DNA from: Octopus sinensis
Taxonomy: Eukaryota
NCBI RefSeq assembly: GCF_006345805.1
Contig: NC_043021.1
Coordinates: forward strand, 28,334,001-28,398,000
Reading direction: 5' to 3'
DNA length: 64,000 nucleotides
Shown: positions 1-13,384 of the stretch, in pieces
Numbering within the stretch: position 1 is the stretch's first letter
Layout: every line of letters begins with the position of its first letter
Position numbers and translations under genes: made by a program
Notes under the pieces: generated by a model
Told to the model about the DNA's origin: nothing
What the model saw: the letters and a program-made list of their open reading frames with translations, nothing else
The model's database searches: none

Positions 1-110
1 TGAGTGTTAATTGAGCAAAAACACCTAAGCTCCACGGGGCTCCGGTGGGGGTGGGGTGAACCCCGCTGCACTCTTTTACCACTACTTTCTCTCTTACTTC
101 CTACTTCTGC
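1..110 (+). mobile_element. SINE family C fragment (body only, 5' end outside window)
   Basis: ttgagcaaaaacacctaagctccac...ctccgg...gcactcttttaccac aligns with the body of the SINE at 10119-10315. Confidence 0.6.
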
Positions 111-1019
111 CACAAAGTAGAGGAACCATGGTGTAACCCACTATGGTGTGGTAAACTTTCAGATCCTAGTCTAGATTGCGAATCCTCTGTACCCCAGGAT
201 GGTTCAGCTCTCCACCCGTTAAAAAGCCACCGTTTACGTAATGAGGATAACAACGTAGCTTTCTCGCCCGTGCAACCGCCGGTCTATCGCGTGTGGTGGA
301 TGGATCTTCAAGTTGCCACACGCATTCTTAGTAGCTTAGGGTAGGCTCCGATTAGAGATTATTCTTTGTGGCTAATGGCGTGAGTCCTGATTGGGAGAAG
401 AAGAAGAAGACGAAGACGAAGACGACGACGACAACAACAACAATCCTCAAACATTAAGCATGCGATTACCAAAAGTATCAATTCACTACCATCAACAACA
501 ACATCAACAACAGGGCCACCACATCCCCCGCTAACACCACTCATATCACCAGCATCACTACCAGCAACATAAGTATGGGAGCGTTTTTGCCAAATGCATA
601 GAGCTAACAGTGGCGTATTCGTTTGAAAAAACAAAAGCGCAGGGAGTTCATATAAGCACATAGAGACGGAAAACCAGTGGTGATAACGACGATCCCTCTG
701 GGAGCATGAATAAGAAAAGCAAGTGCTTTGAGAACATTAAACAAGGAACTAAACAACAAAATGTCGGCGAGATTTATGAAATTCCGTATGAATTTTCAGA
801 AAAAGTAAAAAAGGTTTGAATGGAAGAATGCTAGTTTTATACCTGGTCGAAGAGAAAGCCATAAAAATAGCTGCAAAAACACGCTTCTCTCACGAGTATT
901 TTCTTGCCAGTATTCTCTAGAACTGAGAGGAAACAAAGCACCACTCACCAATTAGTGTTTTCCTGGTTATCACACCTCAAATTTATCAATTTAGTTCTTA
1001 TTGCTGTTGTTATTGTTGT

Positions 1020-1052
<33 letters not shown>

Positions 1053-1669
1053 CGATGAGGATGGTGATGATGAGGATGGTGATGATGAGGATGGTGATGA
1101 TGATGATGATGACGATGAGGATTTATTTGTTGTTTCGTTCTGGCATCGTTATCGTTGTTGTCGTTGTAGTTCCTAAGTCTCAGATCACCGCTGAACGTTT
1201 TTAAAAATGCAAAGCAAACTGGGGTGTGATTTAAAAATGATATAGCAACTATTACTAGCAGTTAGAAGTATACTAAGTTAGAAAAAGCAATAACTGAATC
1301 AAAATAAATAAATAAATAAATAAGCAGGAAAATTATCTGAAACGAAACAAATAATTGAAAATACAAAATTGCAAACGAAACGAAGCTAGTTAAGCAGTTT
1401 GTAAAGCCAATAGTAAGTAACATTGATCGTAACTGGATGATCACAGAGCTTGGTTAGATTTCTCTATCATTATATAAAAAGGGTTGTTGAAAAACGTAAA
1501 TAGAATATTTTTAAAAAGTCGAGCCTAATATATATATATATATATATCTTGAAATGAGTCAGAAGGGGAGTATTGGAAGTGTGGCTTGAAAGTTTCAGTA
1601 ATTTATTGCGAGATTGCAGAAAGACTATCTCAGTAAAGAATACAAAAGATTTAAAGAAAGAAACATATA

Positions 1670-2072
1670 GGCGCAGGAGTGGCTGTGTGGTAAGTAGCTT
1701 GTTTACCAACCACATGGTTCCGGGTTCAGTACCACTGCGTGGCACCTTGGGCAAGTGTCTTCTACTATAGCCTCGGGCCGACCAAAGCCTTGTGAGTGGA
1801 TTTGGTAGACGGAAACTGAAACAAGCCCGTCGTGTATATGTATATATATGCGTGTGTGTGTTTGTGTGTCTGTGTTTGTCCCCCTAGCATTGCTTGACAA
1901 CCGATGCTGGTGTGTTTATGTCCCTGTAACATAGCGGTTCGGCAAAAGAGACCGATAGAATAAGTACTGGGCTTACAAAAGAATAAGTGCCGGGGTCGAG
2001 TTGCTCGATTAAAGGCGGTGCTCCAGCATGGCCGCAGTCAAATGACTGAAACAAGTAAAATAGTAAAGAGTA
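1670..2072 (+). mobile_element. tRNA-derived SINE family A, full length
   Basis: ggcgcaggagtggctgtgtggtaag (A box) ... ggttcagtacc (B box), internal (TA)/(TG) tract, 3' ggcggtgctccagcatggccgcagtcaaatgactgaaacaagtaaaa tail; more than 15 homologous copies in the window. Confidence 0.9.
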
Positions 2073-2204
2073 TATAATGATGGCGATACTATGGCTTGTT
2101 AGTCGGTATTCAGATGATAAGTAGACTAGAAAACTATTACGAAGCATCCACTGCAAGACGGACAGAAATACCTAATGAAATGAAAACGAATCTGTTATGT
2201 TTTA

Positions 2205-2555
2205 TCTTTAAATTGTTTCAGTCATTTACGGCCATGCTGGGGCTCTGCCTCGAAGAATTTTTTGTCATATGAATCGACCCCAATACTTGCGTATTTTTTT
2301 TCTTTTGCTAAACCAAGTACTTATTCTCTCGGTCTCTCTTGCCGGCTGCTAAGGCACAGGGATGTAAACATACCAGTACCGGTCGTGAAGAGGTAATGGG
2401 AGACAAAAACATACATATATATTTATGTATGTTTCTCCCAGTTTCCATCTACCAAATCCACTCACAAGGCTTTGGTCGGCTCGAGGCCATAATAAAAGAT
2501 ATTGGCCCTAGGTGCCACGCAGTGGGACTGCAGAATCATGCGGTTAGGAAGCCAC
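2205..2555 (-). mobile_element. SINE family A, diverged copy
   Basis: tgtttcagtcattt..ggccatgctgg and caaatccactcacaaggctttggtcggc..ggtgccacgcagtgggactg are the reverse complement of family A. Confidence 0.8.
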
Positions 2556-2679
2556 GTCAGTAAAATAAATTTTCTATAGAAATTTAAAAACAAAGGAAAC
2601 ATGTAAAGAGATGAAAAAGCAAAAGGAAGAAAAGAAAGAAAAAGGGTGGGGTAAAGCAGCAGAAGCTAGAGGGGGAGGT

Positions 2680-2860
2680 GGCGATGAGCCACATGGCCCA
2701 GAGCCAACGGCGTGCTCAGCCGCACCTCATGGTTATCATCGCGATGGCGGCATTGCCGTGGAAAATGCTGAAAGAGACTCGCTGCAGCAGCCTTTCCGCC
2801 TCACGGTTGGAACTCGACAGAACATGTGCATTTGGTAAATTATGATCTGAGGTTTAGCAA
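2680..2860 (-). pseudogene. 3' remnant of a CRE-like (restriction-like endonuclease) non-LTR retrotransposon ORF
   Basis: Minus-strand translation SSNREAERLLQRVSFSIFHGNAAIAMITMRCG* resembles the C-terminal xLFQRxSxxxQRGNAA motif of CRE-type elements. Confidence 0.55.
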
Positions 2861-2874
2861 TGACAACGACGACA

Positions 2875-3780
2875 ACAAGGCCTGCAATGTTAGGGGAGCA
2901 AGGGGTTAGTCGATTGCATCGACCACAATAATTGATTGGTACTTTTTTAAATCGAACGCCGCAAGGGTAAAAGTAAACTCGATCTCAGAGGAATTCGAGC
3001 TCAGAACATAAAGAGCCGGAAGAAATGCTTCTAAACACTTTTGTTCGACGCGCCAATGATTCTGTCAGCTCACCGCATTACAATAGTAAGATAACGGTTT
3101 CAAATTTTGATCAAGAGGCAGAGTAGGTCGATTACACCAACATAAGTGCTCAACTACATTTATTCTTTTCTACTCTATGCACAAGGCCCGAAATTTTTTG
3201 GGGAGGGGACCAGTTGATTAGATCGATCCCAGTGCACAACTACTACTTAATTTATCGACCCCGAAAGGATGACAAGCAAAGTCGATCTGGGCGGAATTTG
3301 AAGTCAGAACATAAAGACAGGCGAAATATCAATTTCTTTACTACCCACAAGGGGCTAAACACAGAGAGGACAAACAAGGACAGAAAAACGGATTAAGTCG
3401 ATTATATCGACCCCAGTGCGACCCCGAAATAGTGAAAGGCAAAGTCGACCTCGGCGGAATTTGAACTCAGAACGTAACGGCAGACGAAATACCGCTAAGC
3501 ATTTCGCCCGGCGTGCTATCGTTTCTGCCAGCTCGCCGCCTTCAACTAATATTTATTTTATGAACTAAGGAGGCGGGCTGGCAGAATCTGTAGCAGAGCG
3601 GGCAAAGCGCTTAGCCGCATCACGTTCATCTTCACGTTCTTTGTTCAAATACCGCCAGCGGCGACTTTGCTTTTAATCCTTTCGGGGTCGATAAAATAAG
3701 TACCAGTTTAATACTAGGATCGAAGCAATCGACTTAACCCCTCCTTGAAAGGGGTGGCCTTTTGCCAATATTTGAAATAA
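2875..3780. mobile_element. Cluster of four SINE family B copies (2875-3077 -, 3164-3330 -, 3332-3541 -, 3568-3780 +)
   Basis: Consensus ggcggcgagctggcagaa..ttagc..gagttcaaattccgccgaggtcgactttgcctttcatcctttcggggtcgataaa..aagtaccag with A/B-box-like head; repeated at 34749, 53056 and 56451. Confidence 0.85.
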
Positions 3781-4132
3781 ATCTTTATTTTATCAGCTCT
3801 TAAAAAGACGGACACAAAGTTGACCTTAGCTTACCAAATTTTACACATGGTGTCAATACAATTTCATTCAAAATTTCGATCCCCTTAAGGTTTGGATAGA
3901 GGACCATTGGCTTCATGATTCCAAAGACAACCACTCAGCCATCTCTTCACGCTGGGTGTGTAGGACCGAAGCAACCATGGATTACCGTTTCTGTCCCAGG
4001 CTCAGCACGTCTGGCAACTGACTTTCACCATAACTCCGAGTCGATTCATTCTATGTTAGTAAAATTGCAATAAAGGGCAATAAGTAGCACATACATACAT
4101 ACATGCACATATAAACATTTATATGTATGCGC

Positions 4133-4169
<37 letters not shown>

Positions 4170-4173
<4 letters not shown>

Positions 4174-4350
4174 TACTGTATTCGTTTCCCGCTGCTGTTT
4201 GGCAACCGTTGTTGGTTTGTTAGCTTACTTCTAACGTAGCGGTTTGGCAAAAGTGACATACAGAATAAGTACCAGACTTACAGTCGACTAAACCCTTCAA
4301 GGCAGTGCTACGGGAGAGCTGCAGTCCAAAGACTGAAATACTTTAAAGAT
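4170..4350 (+). mobile_element. SINE family A, diverged 3' half
   Basis: ggcaaccgttgttggtttg..tagcggtttggcaaaag..agaataagtacc..gcagtccaaagactgaaa after a (TG)n tract. Confidence 0.65.
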
Positions 4351-4439
4351 ACTCATAAACACACGTGTTTGCACACGTATACGCAAAAATCGTATCCTTT
4401 TCTGACAATGCGCTAAAGGTACAATAAGAGTAATAATAA

Positions 4440-4845
4440 AGGTTTCAAATTTTGGCTCACCAGCATTTTCCGGGGAGTAGTTAAATCAATACAACGACCC
4501 CAGCGTGCTGCTGGTACTTATTTTATCGCCCCCTAAATGATAAAAAGCAAAGTCAGCCTCGCTGGAATGTGAACTCAAAACAAAGACTGACTAAACATTT
4601 TGCCCTGTGTCAACGATTCTAGTGGCTCGCTGCCTTAATAATAATGATTTCCAATTTTTGCACAAGGGCACAATTTCGGGAGAGGAGTTGAGTCGTCTAA
4701 CATTGACCCCAGAGGTCGATTGGTACTTATTTCATCGACCCCACCAAAAGATAAAAAGCAAATTGGGCCTAGGCACAATTTGAAATCCAGAATGCCGCTA
4801 AACATATACCCCAGCGTGCGAAACATTTTGCTAACTCGCTACCTG
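4440..4845 (-). mobile_element. Two tandem diverged SINE family B copies
   Basis: tttcaaattttgg..gaccccag..tggtacttatttt atcg..aaagcaaagtc..gaactca..ctcgctgcc pattern occurs twice. Confidence 0.75.
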
Positions 4846-4851
4846 AATGAA

Positions 4852-4925
<74 letters not shown>

Positions 4926-5494
4926 TTTCTTAACGCTTTTATTTATTTGCGATTTCGAAGCGATCGCCATAACTACACGGCCAATTTTCAGACTCAGGAG
5001 TTTACGTAGTAATTACAGTTTCTTTGCACGCTACATTAAAGTTACCGACACATAATTCCCCCTTTTATTAGCCCTATTATTTCTTCAGAAATTGTTATAC
5101 AAAGAAAATGACATAGAGTCATGATATTCTTCCAGGGAATTGAGTCTTTTTGAGCTGGTCCGATTCCGATTCCGATTTAAAATCCTTTTCTTTCACGACT
5201 GTGTCGTTATCTCACTCGTCGAAACTTTAAAATATTTGAATAAATACTGAAAAATAAGTTTCTTTTTTAAAACTACTTGAAAATGCGTATTAACTAAAGC
5301 TGTCTGGCATTTATTATGATTCGTATCTTGTAACGAAAACATTGGAAATGAATAGTTACCAATGTCAGACACAAAGAAAGAAACGAACGCTTAGGAGAGC
5401 TTCTGTTCATTACTTGAAATGTCAGCCAAGATTCCCTAACATGAAATCATACAGTGTTAAGTTTGCATTCTAAAATATAGCGCAAGGACATAAG

Positions 5495-5648
5495 TTTTAG
5501 TACTTGACTGATACTTATTTTATCGACGTCGAAGGGATGAAGGGTAGACTAGACTCCGGTGCGATTTGAACTCAGAACGTGAAGATTGTAAAGAAATGCC
5601 ACTAAACATTTTGTCCTGCACGCTTATCATTCTGTTAATACGCTGCCA
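5495..5648 (-). mobile_element. SINE family B fragment
   Basis: tacttattttatcgac..ggatgaaggg..atttgaactcagaacgt..aaatgccactaaacattttgtcc. Confidence 0.7.
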
Positions 5649-5984
5649 AAGGTAGAGCAAAAGGGACACAAAGCCGACGGTTCAATTGGACGCCATTTAA
5701 TCCTTGTACTGCATGGTTTGGTGAATGCCCAACAACGACGAAACACGCAACAAGGGTAACGTGTGAGAAGCAAAAGTACACGATTTATCATGAATTAAGA
5801 AGGAGAATGTAAAGCAAAATCCTGTAAACAATATGCTGTTGCAAAGAAACCTCTGGGGATCGAATATCGTATCAGAAGGCGCCTTCTGTGTGGGCTGGGC
5901 CCAATAATCTCACCGTCGTTATCTGTATAAGAGATGGATGCCGGCGGGAGCACTAGTTTGCTGTTGTTGTTGTGGTTGTTTAGA

Positions 5985-6155
5985 TGCAGGTTACTTCTCA
6001 GTATGGAGACTCACAACCAAATGGTCACAGACCAGCCGAAAACATTCAGTCTCTAAGAAGAGAAATAATTCATCTGAATCATGTGATCGTGAGTATTTTA
6101 AAACGGCGCAAGGTTACGGTGTTATGATTCGAAATATATGGCTAAAAATAACCCA
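5985..6155 (+). repeat. About 170-bp repeat, inverted copy at 7705-7870
   Basis: acttctcagtatggagactcacaaccaaatg...aatatatggctaaaaataac vs gttattttcagccatatatt...catttggtagtgagtatccatgctgagaagt. Confidence 0.75.
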
Positions 6156-6217
6156 CTAAATGCATACTCATACACACACACATACACACACACACACATA
6201 CACATACACATATAGTA

Positions 6218-6630
6218 AATCCAAAAACGAAGAACAAACACAAGAAAAACACAACAACGCAAGCACGTAGTACATGTAAAGTATTAGCAGACGCTCAGGG
6301 AAGGAAAGAAAGATGGTTTAACGTTTCGAGCAAAGCTCTTCGTCAGAAACAAGAGACGGAGGAAAGTCCAAGAGAAAAGGAAGACAGAAGAAAAAAATAG
6401 TCAACGATCCACATGTAGTCACTTTAAAGTATAACCTCATGTGGATCGTTGACTATTTTTTTCTCCGTCTTCCTTTTCTCTTGGACTTTCCTCCGTCTCC
6501 TGTTTCTGACGAAGAGCTTTGCTCGAAGCGTAAAACTAAGTTTCTTTCCTTCCCTGAGCGTCTGCTAATACGCTGCATGTACCACGTCCTCACGTTGTTG
6601 TTTTTTCTTGTTGTGTTCGTTCTTCGATTT
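6218..6630. mobile_element. Head-to-head inverted pair of Penelope-type terminal repeats, each with a minimal HHR motif
   Basis: Arms about 6218-6416 and 6438-6630 are reverse complements; CTGACGA-agagc-ttt-gctc-GAAAC-GT at 6321-6350 (-) and 6506-6531 (+, GAAG variant). Confidence 0.8.
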
Positions 6631-6819
6631 CTTCTTTTTTGGGGGTGGGGTGGGGATTCACTATTTATCGCACGCTTACAAGGACCACCGCCCTTCCGAC
6701 TGACTTTGGAGTACCTAATTCGCGGAATTCTTTCTACCCTCAGATTACATTACCTTGTTCATTCGGAATACACCATTTCTGCAGCTTGGTTGTCATATAT
6801 ATATATATATGATTCAAAA

Positions 6820-7030
6820 TGTGATCGCGTGTGTAGGGTTGGCGATTTTTTTCCCTCTGTCTTCCCTTCTCTGGATCTTTCCTTTTCCTATGTTTCTGAC
6901 GAAGAGCTCCGCTCGAAACGTAATATCTCTCCTTCTTCCCTTCCTTCATGAGCGTCCAATAATACTATATTTGTTCCACGTCCTTGCGTTGTTGTGTTTT
7001 CTCTTGGTGTTTTCATGTTTGGATAAGCTT
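6820..7030 (+). mobile_element. Solo Penelope-type terminal repeat with minimal hammerhead motif
   Basis: tttCTGACGAagagctccgctcGAAACGTA (6893-6922); near-identical to 17318-17523; ends in (TA)n. Confidence 0.8.
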
Positions 7031-7060
7031 TATATATATATATATATATATATAATATAT

Positions 7061-7570
<510 letters not shown>

Positions 7571-7571
7571 A

Positions 7572-7630
<59 letters not shown>

Positions 7631-7704
7631 TGTATGTATATATTTATATGGGTATGCATTTATATACACAAATGTGTGTCTGTGTCTGTGTGTGTGGAGA
7701 AATG

Positions 7705-7870
7705 TGTTATTTTCAGCCATATATTCCTAGTCATTACACCCGTAAACTTTCCCCCTTTTAAAATCCTCATGATTACATTATTTAAATGAATTACGTTGTT
7801 TCTTTTAGACTGAATGGTCATGGCTGGACTGCATTTGGTAGTGAGTATCCATGCTGAGAAGTTGCCTGGG
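7705..7870 (-). repeat. About 170-bp repeat, inverted partner of 5985-6155
   Basis: Reverse complement aligns along its length with 5985-6155. Confidence 0.75.
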
Positions 7871-7909
7871 AATAAACAACTACACAAATATATTATAAAC
7901 ATACACACA

Positions 7910-7991
7910 CAGATAGATATATTAGACAGGCAGACAGATAGACAGACAGACATACAGATAGACATACAAACATACATACATACATACAGAT

Positions 7992-8088
<97 letters not shown>

Positions 8089-8151
8089 GTGCGATCTGAA
8101 TTTTCACCGAGGTCAATATTGCATTTCACATAGCCCAGTTTTTAGACTGGC

Positions 8152-8194
<43 letters not shown>

Positions 8195-8195
8195 C
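7910..8195. repeat. Compound (GATA)n/(GA)n/(TC)n microsatellites
   Basis: Directly visible tandem repeats. Confidence 0.95.
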
Positions 8196-8427
8196 TCGCT
8201 CTCCCTCTTTTTCTCTCGTTCAAACTCGCTTTCGCCACATTGATAACTGCAGCAATTACAACACTGCACCAAGTATGCTTTATATTCTAATGTAAAAAAT
8301 GATTTTCCTGGATATAAATGTAAAAGCGAAATTCAACTTTATAATTTATCATCTTTGCCATTTGTCACAGGTCTTCGAGATTTAGATGGATTGCAATTAA
8401 TTGACTTATTCGAAAGTGATTGATCAC

Positions 8428-8527
8428 NNNNNNNNNNNNNNNNNNNNNNNNNNNNNNNNNNNNNNNNNNNNNNNNNNNNNNNNNNNNNNNNNNNNNNNNN
8501 NNNNNNNNNNNNNNNNNNNNNNNNNNN
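8428..8527. other. Assembly gap (100 N)
   Basis: Run of n characters. Confidence 1.
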
Positions 8528-8724
8528 AAAAAATATAATATATAATATATATATATTATATATATATATATTATATATATATGTATGTATATATATATGA
8601 AAAAAAATTTCTATTGACTATTTTACATGCCAGGCCACTGGCGGAAATATTTCTATAATTTTCCTACCCTGTATATATATATATATACATATATATATAA
8701 ATGGTAGATCGTTAGCCTCTACAC

Positions 8725-8885
8725 ACATTTTTTTCTCTCCTTGTTTTCTGTGTTGCTTTCTGTAGAAGAGCGTAGGCTCGAAATGTAAAAGACTTTTTCT
8801 ATTCCTGAGCGTTATACTAATACATCTGCTTGTTTTTTACACCACCTGTCATCGTCTTTTGTTGATTTTTTGTAAACTCTCCCTG
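8725..8885 (+). mobile_element. Solo 3' terminal repeat of the Penelope-like family at 13250-16405, with HHR-like motif
   Basis: ttCTGTAGAagagcgtaggctcGAAATGTAaaagacttt matches 16282-16320. Confidence 0.75.
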
Positions 8886-8887
8886 TA

Positions 8888-9894
8888 TCTTTATATATAT
8901 AAAACTGAGAATGTGTGTCTGTCTGTGTGTTTCCCTAAAACTTGAGAACTACACAACCAATTTCATTCAAACTTTGCACATGCCTTACTTAGGGTCCATG
9001 TGGTTTCATGGGCAAAAAAAAAGTTCAACTTCTTGCCTAGAGCGAGCCCATAGCAATATCATATCTTCTCTACTATTTCAGTATTACGCGTTAAAAGTGA
9101 AACAAAAACATTTCTCTATTTTATGTCAGATACTTTCACTTTAACAATAAAAAATAATAATAACAATTGAATTATATGTAGTAAGTAATAATTAAAATCA
9201 AACTAAAGTAGAATTTAATCGTAACATTAAAAAAAAATTAAAATAGCAATTGGTATAAAATTACATCAATGACTTGAACTTGAATAAGTGGTTTCACATG
9301 AATGGGAATAAAATTAGCGTGCAGAAATGGAATAGACCAGATGGATAATAAAAAATTAAATTAAAGAAAAAACTATTGTCTATAAAGTATACAATGTAGA
9401 GAAAAAAGAAGATTTGAACACATGGAGGAAAGCACCTTCGAAAAGTGTCTTGGTGCGACTATGAAAGCCATCTAATCAGAGGCGTAAATTCTTCACAATA
9501 GAAGCAAGTTTCAAGTCAAGGGAGTACTCGACTCGAACTTGCAAATTGGAAATATTTTATTTAAATACCTTTATATATAGGACGTAGGACGTCCCGGAAA
9601 AAAATTTAAAATGCCCCTCCCCGAAGTAGAGGTAGGCTGGATTGTAGCCACACTTCTATATAAGAGGGAGGACAAGATACAATTGATCGAAATTACAAGA
9701 GACGGGCTAACAATTCCAGTCTGTTATATATTTTGAGTATTGTTATCACTAGCGATATCAAGATATAACTTTCTATTTTGTATTTTATGTGTAGATGTAG
9801 ATATATAGATGTACATGTAATATGTACACATATATATACACATATATACATGCACTAGCACTATGACCCGGCAACGACGGGTCTTTAATGCTAG
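8888..9894 (+). mobile_element. Non-autonomous Helitron
   Basis: a|TCtttatatatataaaa 5' end, (GTCT/GT) subterminal tract, 3' hairpin gacccg-gcaacga-cgggtc then CTAG|t; inserted at A/T without TSD. Confidence 0.75.
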
Positions 9895-9926
<32 letters not shown>

Positions 9927-10118
9927 AAGATACATACATACATACATATATACATAATACATACATAATACACACATACATACATACATACATACATACA
10001 TACATACATACATACGTATATACAGTGTTTGAGGTGATGTACAGATATCGTAATATTGTATATTAAAAAGGACGCAGTCAGAATTCTGACTGATATTCTA
10101 GATATAAACGTATATATG

Positions 10119-10315
10119 TGGAGGCGCAATGGCCCACTGGTCAGGGCAGCAGACTCTCGTTCGTTGGATCGCGGTCTCGATTCTCAGACCGGGCGTTATG
10201 AATCTTTATTGAGCGAAGATGCCTAAAGCTCCACAAGACTCCGGCAGGGAGTGGGTGTATCTTGCTGTACTCTTTCACCACGATATTCTATTACTCTTTC
10301 TTCCTGTTTCTGCTG
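10119..10315 (+). mobile_element. tRNA-derived SINE family C
   Basis: ggaggcgcaatggcccactggtcagggc (A-box-like) ... ggtctcgattctc (B-box-like); body shared with 1-110. Confidence 0.7.
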
Positions 10316-10320
10316 TATTT

Positions 10321-10444
10321 CAAGGATTTGGTTGGTCTGAGGCTATAATAGAAGACACTTACCCAAGGTGCCACGCAGTGGGACTGAACTCGGAACCATG
10401 TGGTTGGTAATCAAGCGACATACCACACAGCCTCCCTTGCACCT
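10321..10444 (-). mobile_element. SINE family A 5' part
   Basis: gaagacacttacccaaggtgccacgcagtgggactgaactcggaaccatgtggttggtaa. Confidence 0.8.
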
Positions 10445-10469
10445 ATATATATATATATATATATATATA

Positions 10470-10852
10470 CTAGCAGTATCGCCCGGCGTTGCTCAGGTTT
10501 GTAAGGGAAATAACTATAAAGCATTTTTAGAGAGTAATAGCCAAAAAATAGCAAAAAAATGGAAAAAAATGACGGTAAATTTTTTTTTGAGATTTAAAAA
10601 GGTTGGAGTTGCGTCCCCTAGACAGTTTGTGGTTCGTGTTTCTGATTCTCGACCCCATGTCGAATTTATCGATTTTTTCAGAATGGGGGAACTTTTCAAA
10701 ATTTTCGCTGCGGTTAGTTTGAATTATGACATGGGCTATGTGTGTGTCAAGTTTCATCAGAATCGGTTGAAAGCCGTGGTCAGGGTGAGGGTACAAGCAA
10801 ACAGGACACACAGAAACACGCACAGACAAACTGCCGTTTATATAGAGAGAGA
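10470..10852 (-). mobile_element. Non-autonomous Helitron (short)
   Basis: Minus strand starts a|TCtctctctatataaa and ends cctgagcaacgccgggcgatactgCTAG|t; internal caaccgattctgatgaaacttg motif resembles 8955-8980. Confidence 0.8.
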
Positions 10853-10854
10853 TA

Positions 10855-10866
10855 TAAATATGTATG

Positions 10867-10900
<34 letters not shown>

Positions 10901-11018
10901 TGTATGTATGTATGTATGTATGTATATATATAGAGAGAGAGAGATAAATAGATACATAGATAGATAAATAGATAGATAGATAGATAGATAGATGATAGAT
11001 AGATAGATATATAAATAT

Positions 11019-11053
<35 letters not shown>

Positions 11054-11075
11054 TATAGATAGATGGATGGATATA
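10855..11075. repeat. (TATG)n/(GATA)n microsatellites
   Basis: Directly visible tandem repeats. Confidence 0.95.
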
Positions 11076-11402
11076 CACTCACATATGTATATATTTATGT
11101 ATGTAAGCCTGAATGTATCTAATTCATCTGTGTAAGCGTGCATGTGTATGTGTGCATGCGTGTGTGTGTGTGACTATTTTTGTGTCTGTTTTTGTCCATC
11201 GATTTAAGACCGATTTTGGTTCGGCAAAAAATGCTGATGAAATAAGTATCGGACTAAAAAGAATAAATACTAGGATCAAAATGTTTGACCGAACAAGAAG
11301 TAAAAGAATAATATACCATATATATATATATATAATATAATATATTATATATTATATATATATATATATTATATATATTACATACACACACGCACGCACA
11401 CA

Positions 11403-11445
<43 letters not shown>

Positions 11446-11840
11446 CGGGTTTCTTTTAGTTATATTGCGTGTTTTAACATGAATTGCTTTATCTAATGTG
11501 TCAGCATATGTATGGTAAGAGCTGACTATTAGAAAATATTTTTCCTGCTATTTCTAAATACGTCGAATGACCTGCTAACTACAGCAGGTTTCTGCACTTC
11601 CCCCTTGACCACTAACAAGTATATACATAGGTTAATTCAATCAATTTTTACATTTCCCTGCGGTAAATTATTTTGACGTGAAAGTATGTCGAACACAAAC
11701 GAAAAGATAAAAAAACAACGCAAAAACCGAAATCAATAAAACTGTGACATAGATCTATGCTTGACCTAATTTAGATCTCATGTTTTTATGTCCAGCTGTT
11801 TGGTCTCTCAAAGCAACCTATACACACATGAATGTATGTT

Positions 11841-11913
<73 letters not shown>

Positions 11914-11981
11914 CATATATATGTATATATGAATGTGTATACATATATATATATATTGAATGTTCATACTACATATATATG

Positions 11982-12016
<35 letters not shown>

Positions 12017-12432
12017 GTGTGTGGTGTGTTTATATACATGCATACATACATATATATACATGCATACATACATATATATACATGCATACATACATATATA
12101 TACATATACATATATATATACACATACGTACTAACATATGCATTAAGTATTTATAAGACAATATAAATACAATCTTATGAATTTATGGACGTGCGAGCAG
12201 AGACGTGTAGAGATGTAGATATATATACGAAAAATGTAGATATGTATTGTTTGTGCTATCCACAACATGTTTCTTTGGGGACGTTCACTATTACTGTGTT
12301 CGCGTGTCCGCCAAATCCTTCGACGTGTAAGTGTACTCAGCTGATAGAAAACTCTACATGAACCTGTAGTACAACACATATGTACGTATGTAGGTGTACA
12401 GGTATGATTTTAAGTATATTTTTATTGATAGA

Positions 12433-12595
12433 GGCTGGCATGGGTGTGTGTTTAAGAAACTCGGAGTGGAGCCACGCGACTTTGAGTTCAGTCTCACTGT
12501 GCAGCAACTTGGGCAAGTGTCTTCCACTAAAACTCCAAAATGCACGATGCCTTGTCAGTGAATATTGTCAACGGAAAGTGTGTGGAAGCCAGTTA
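12433..12595 (+). mobile_element. SINE family A diverged head
   Basis: gagttcagtctcactgtgcagcaacttgggcaagtgtcttccacta. Confidence 0.6.
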
Positions 12596-12601
12596 TATAT
12601 A

Positions 12602-13250
<649 letters not shown>

Positions 13251-13384
13251 ACCCCCCAGTCTCCCCTCCTTCCCCCTCATCCTCACCCCAACCCGTCTGT
13301 TATTCCAACCCCTCTCTCTCCTCCCAACTTTCCATTACCCCACCACCCACCCACATCTAACTTTTCCACCCCTCCCCACTTTAG

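Noticed and set aside
560-960. Purine-rich segment as an RLE retrotransposon remnant
   Set aside because: No convincing motif in any frame.
1670-1745. SINE heads (also 10119, 53056, 60362) as tRNA genes
   Set aside because: A/B boxes are present but there is no complete cloverleaf or T-run terminator, and each continues into a SINE body.
1470-2156. Recurrent peptides [15 protein letters not shown] / FQSFDCGHAGAPPL as a gene family
   Set aside because: Antisense translations of SINE-A.
8340-8427. Possible terminal exon (cacag|GT..LRDLDGLQLIDLFESD*)
   Set aside because: Too short, no recognisable homology, and truncated by the assembly gap.
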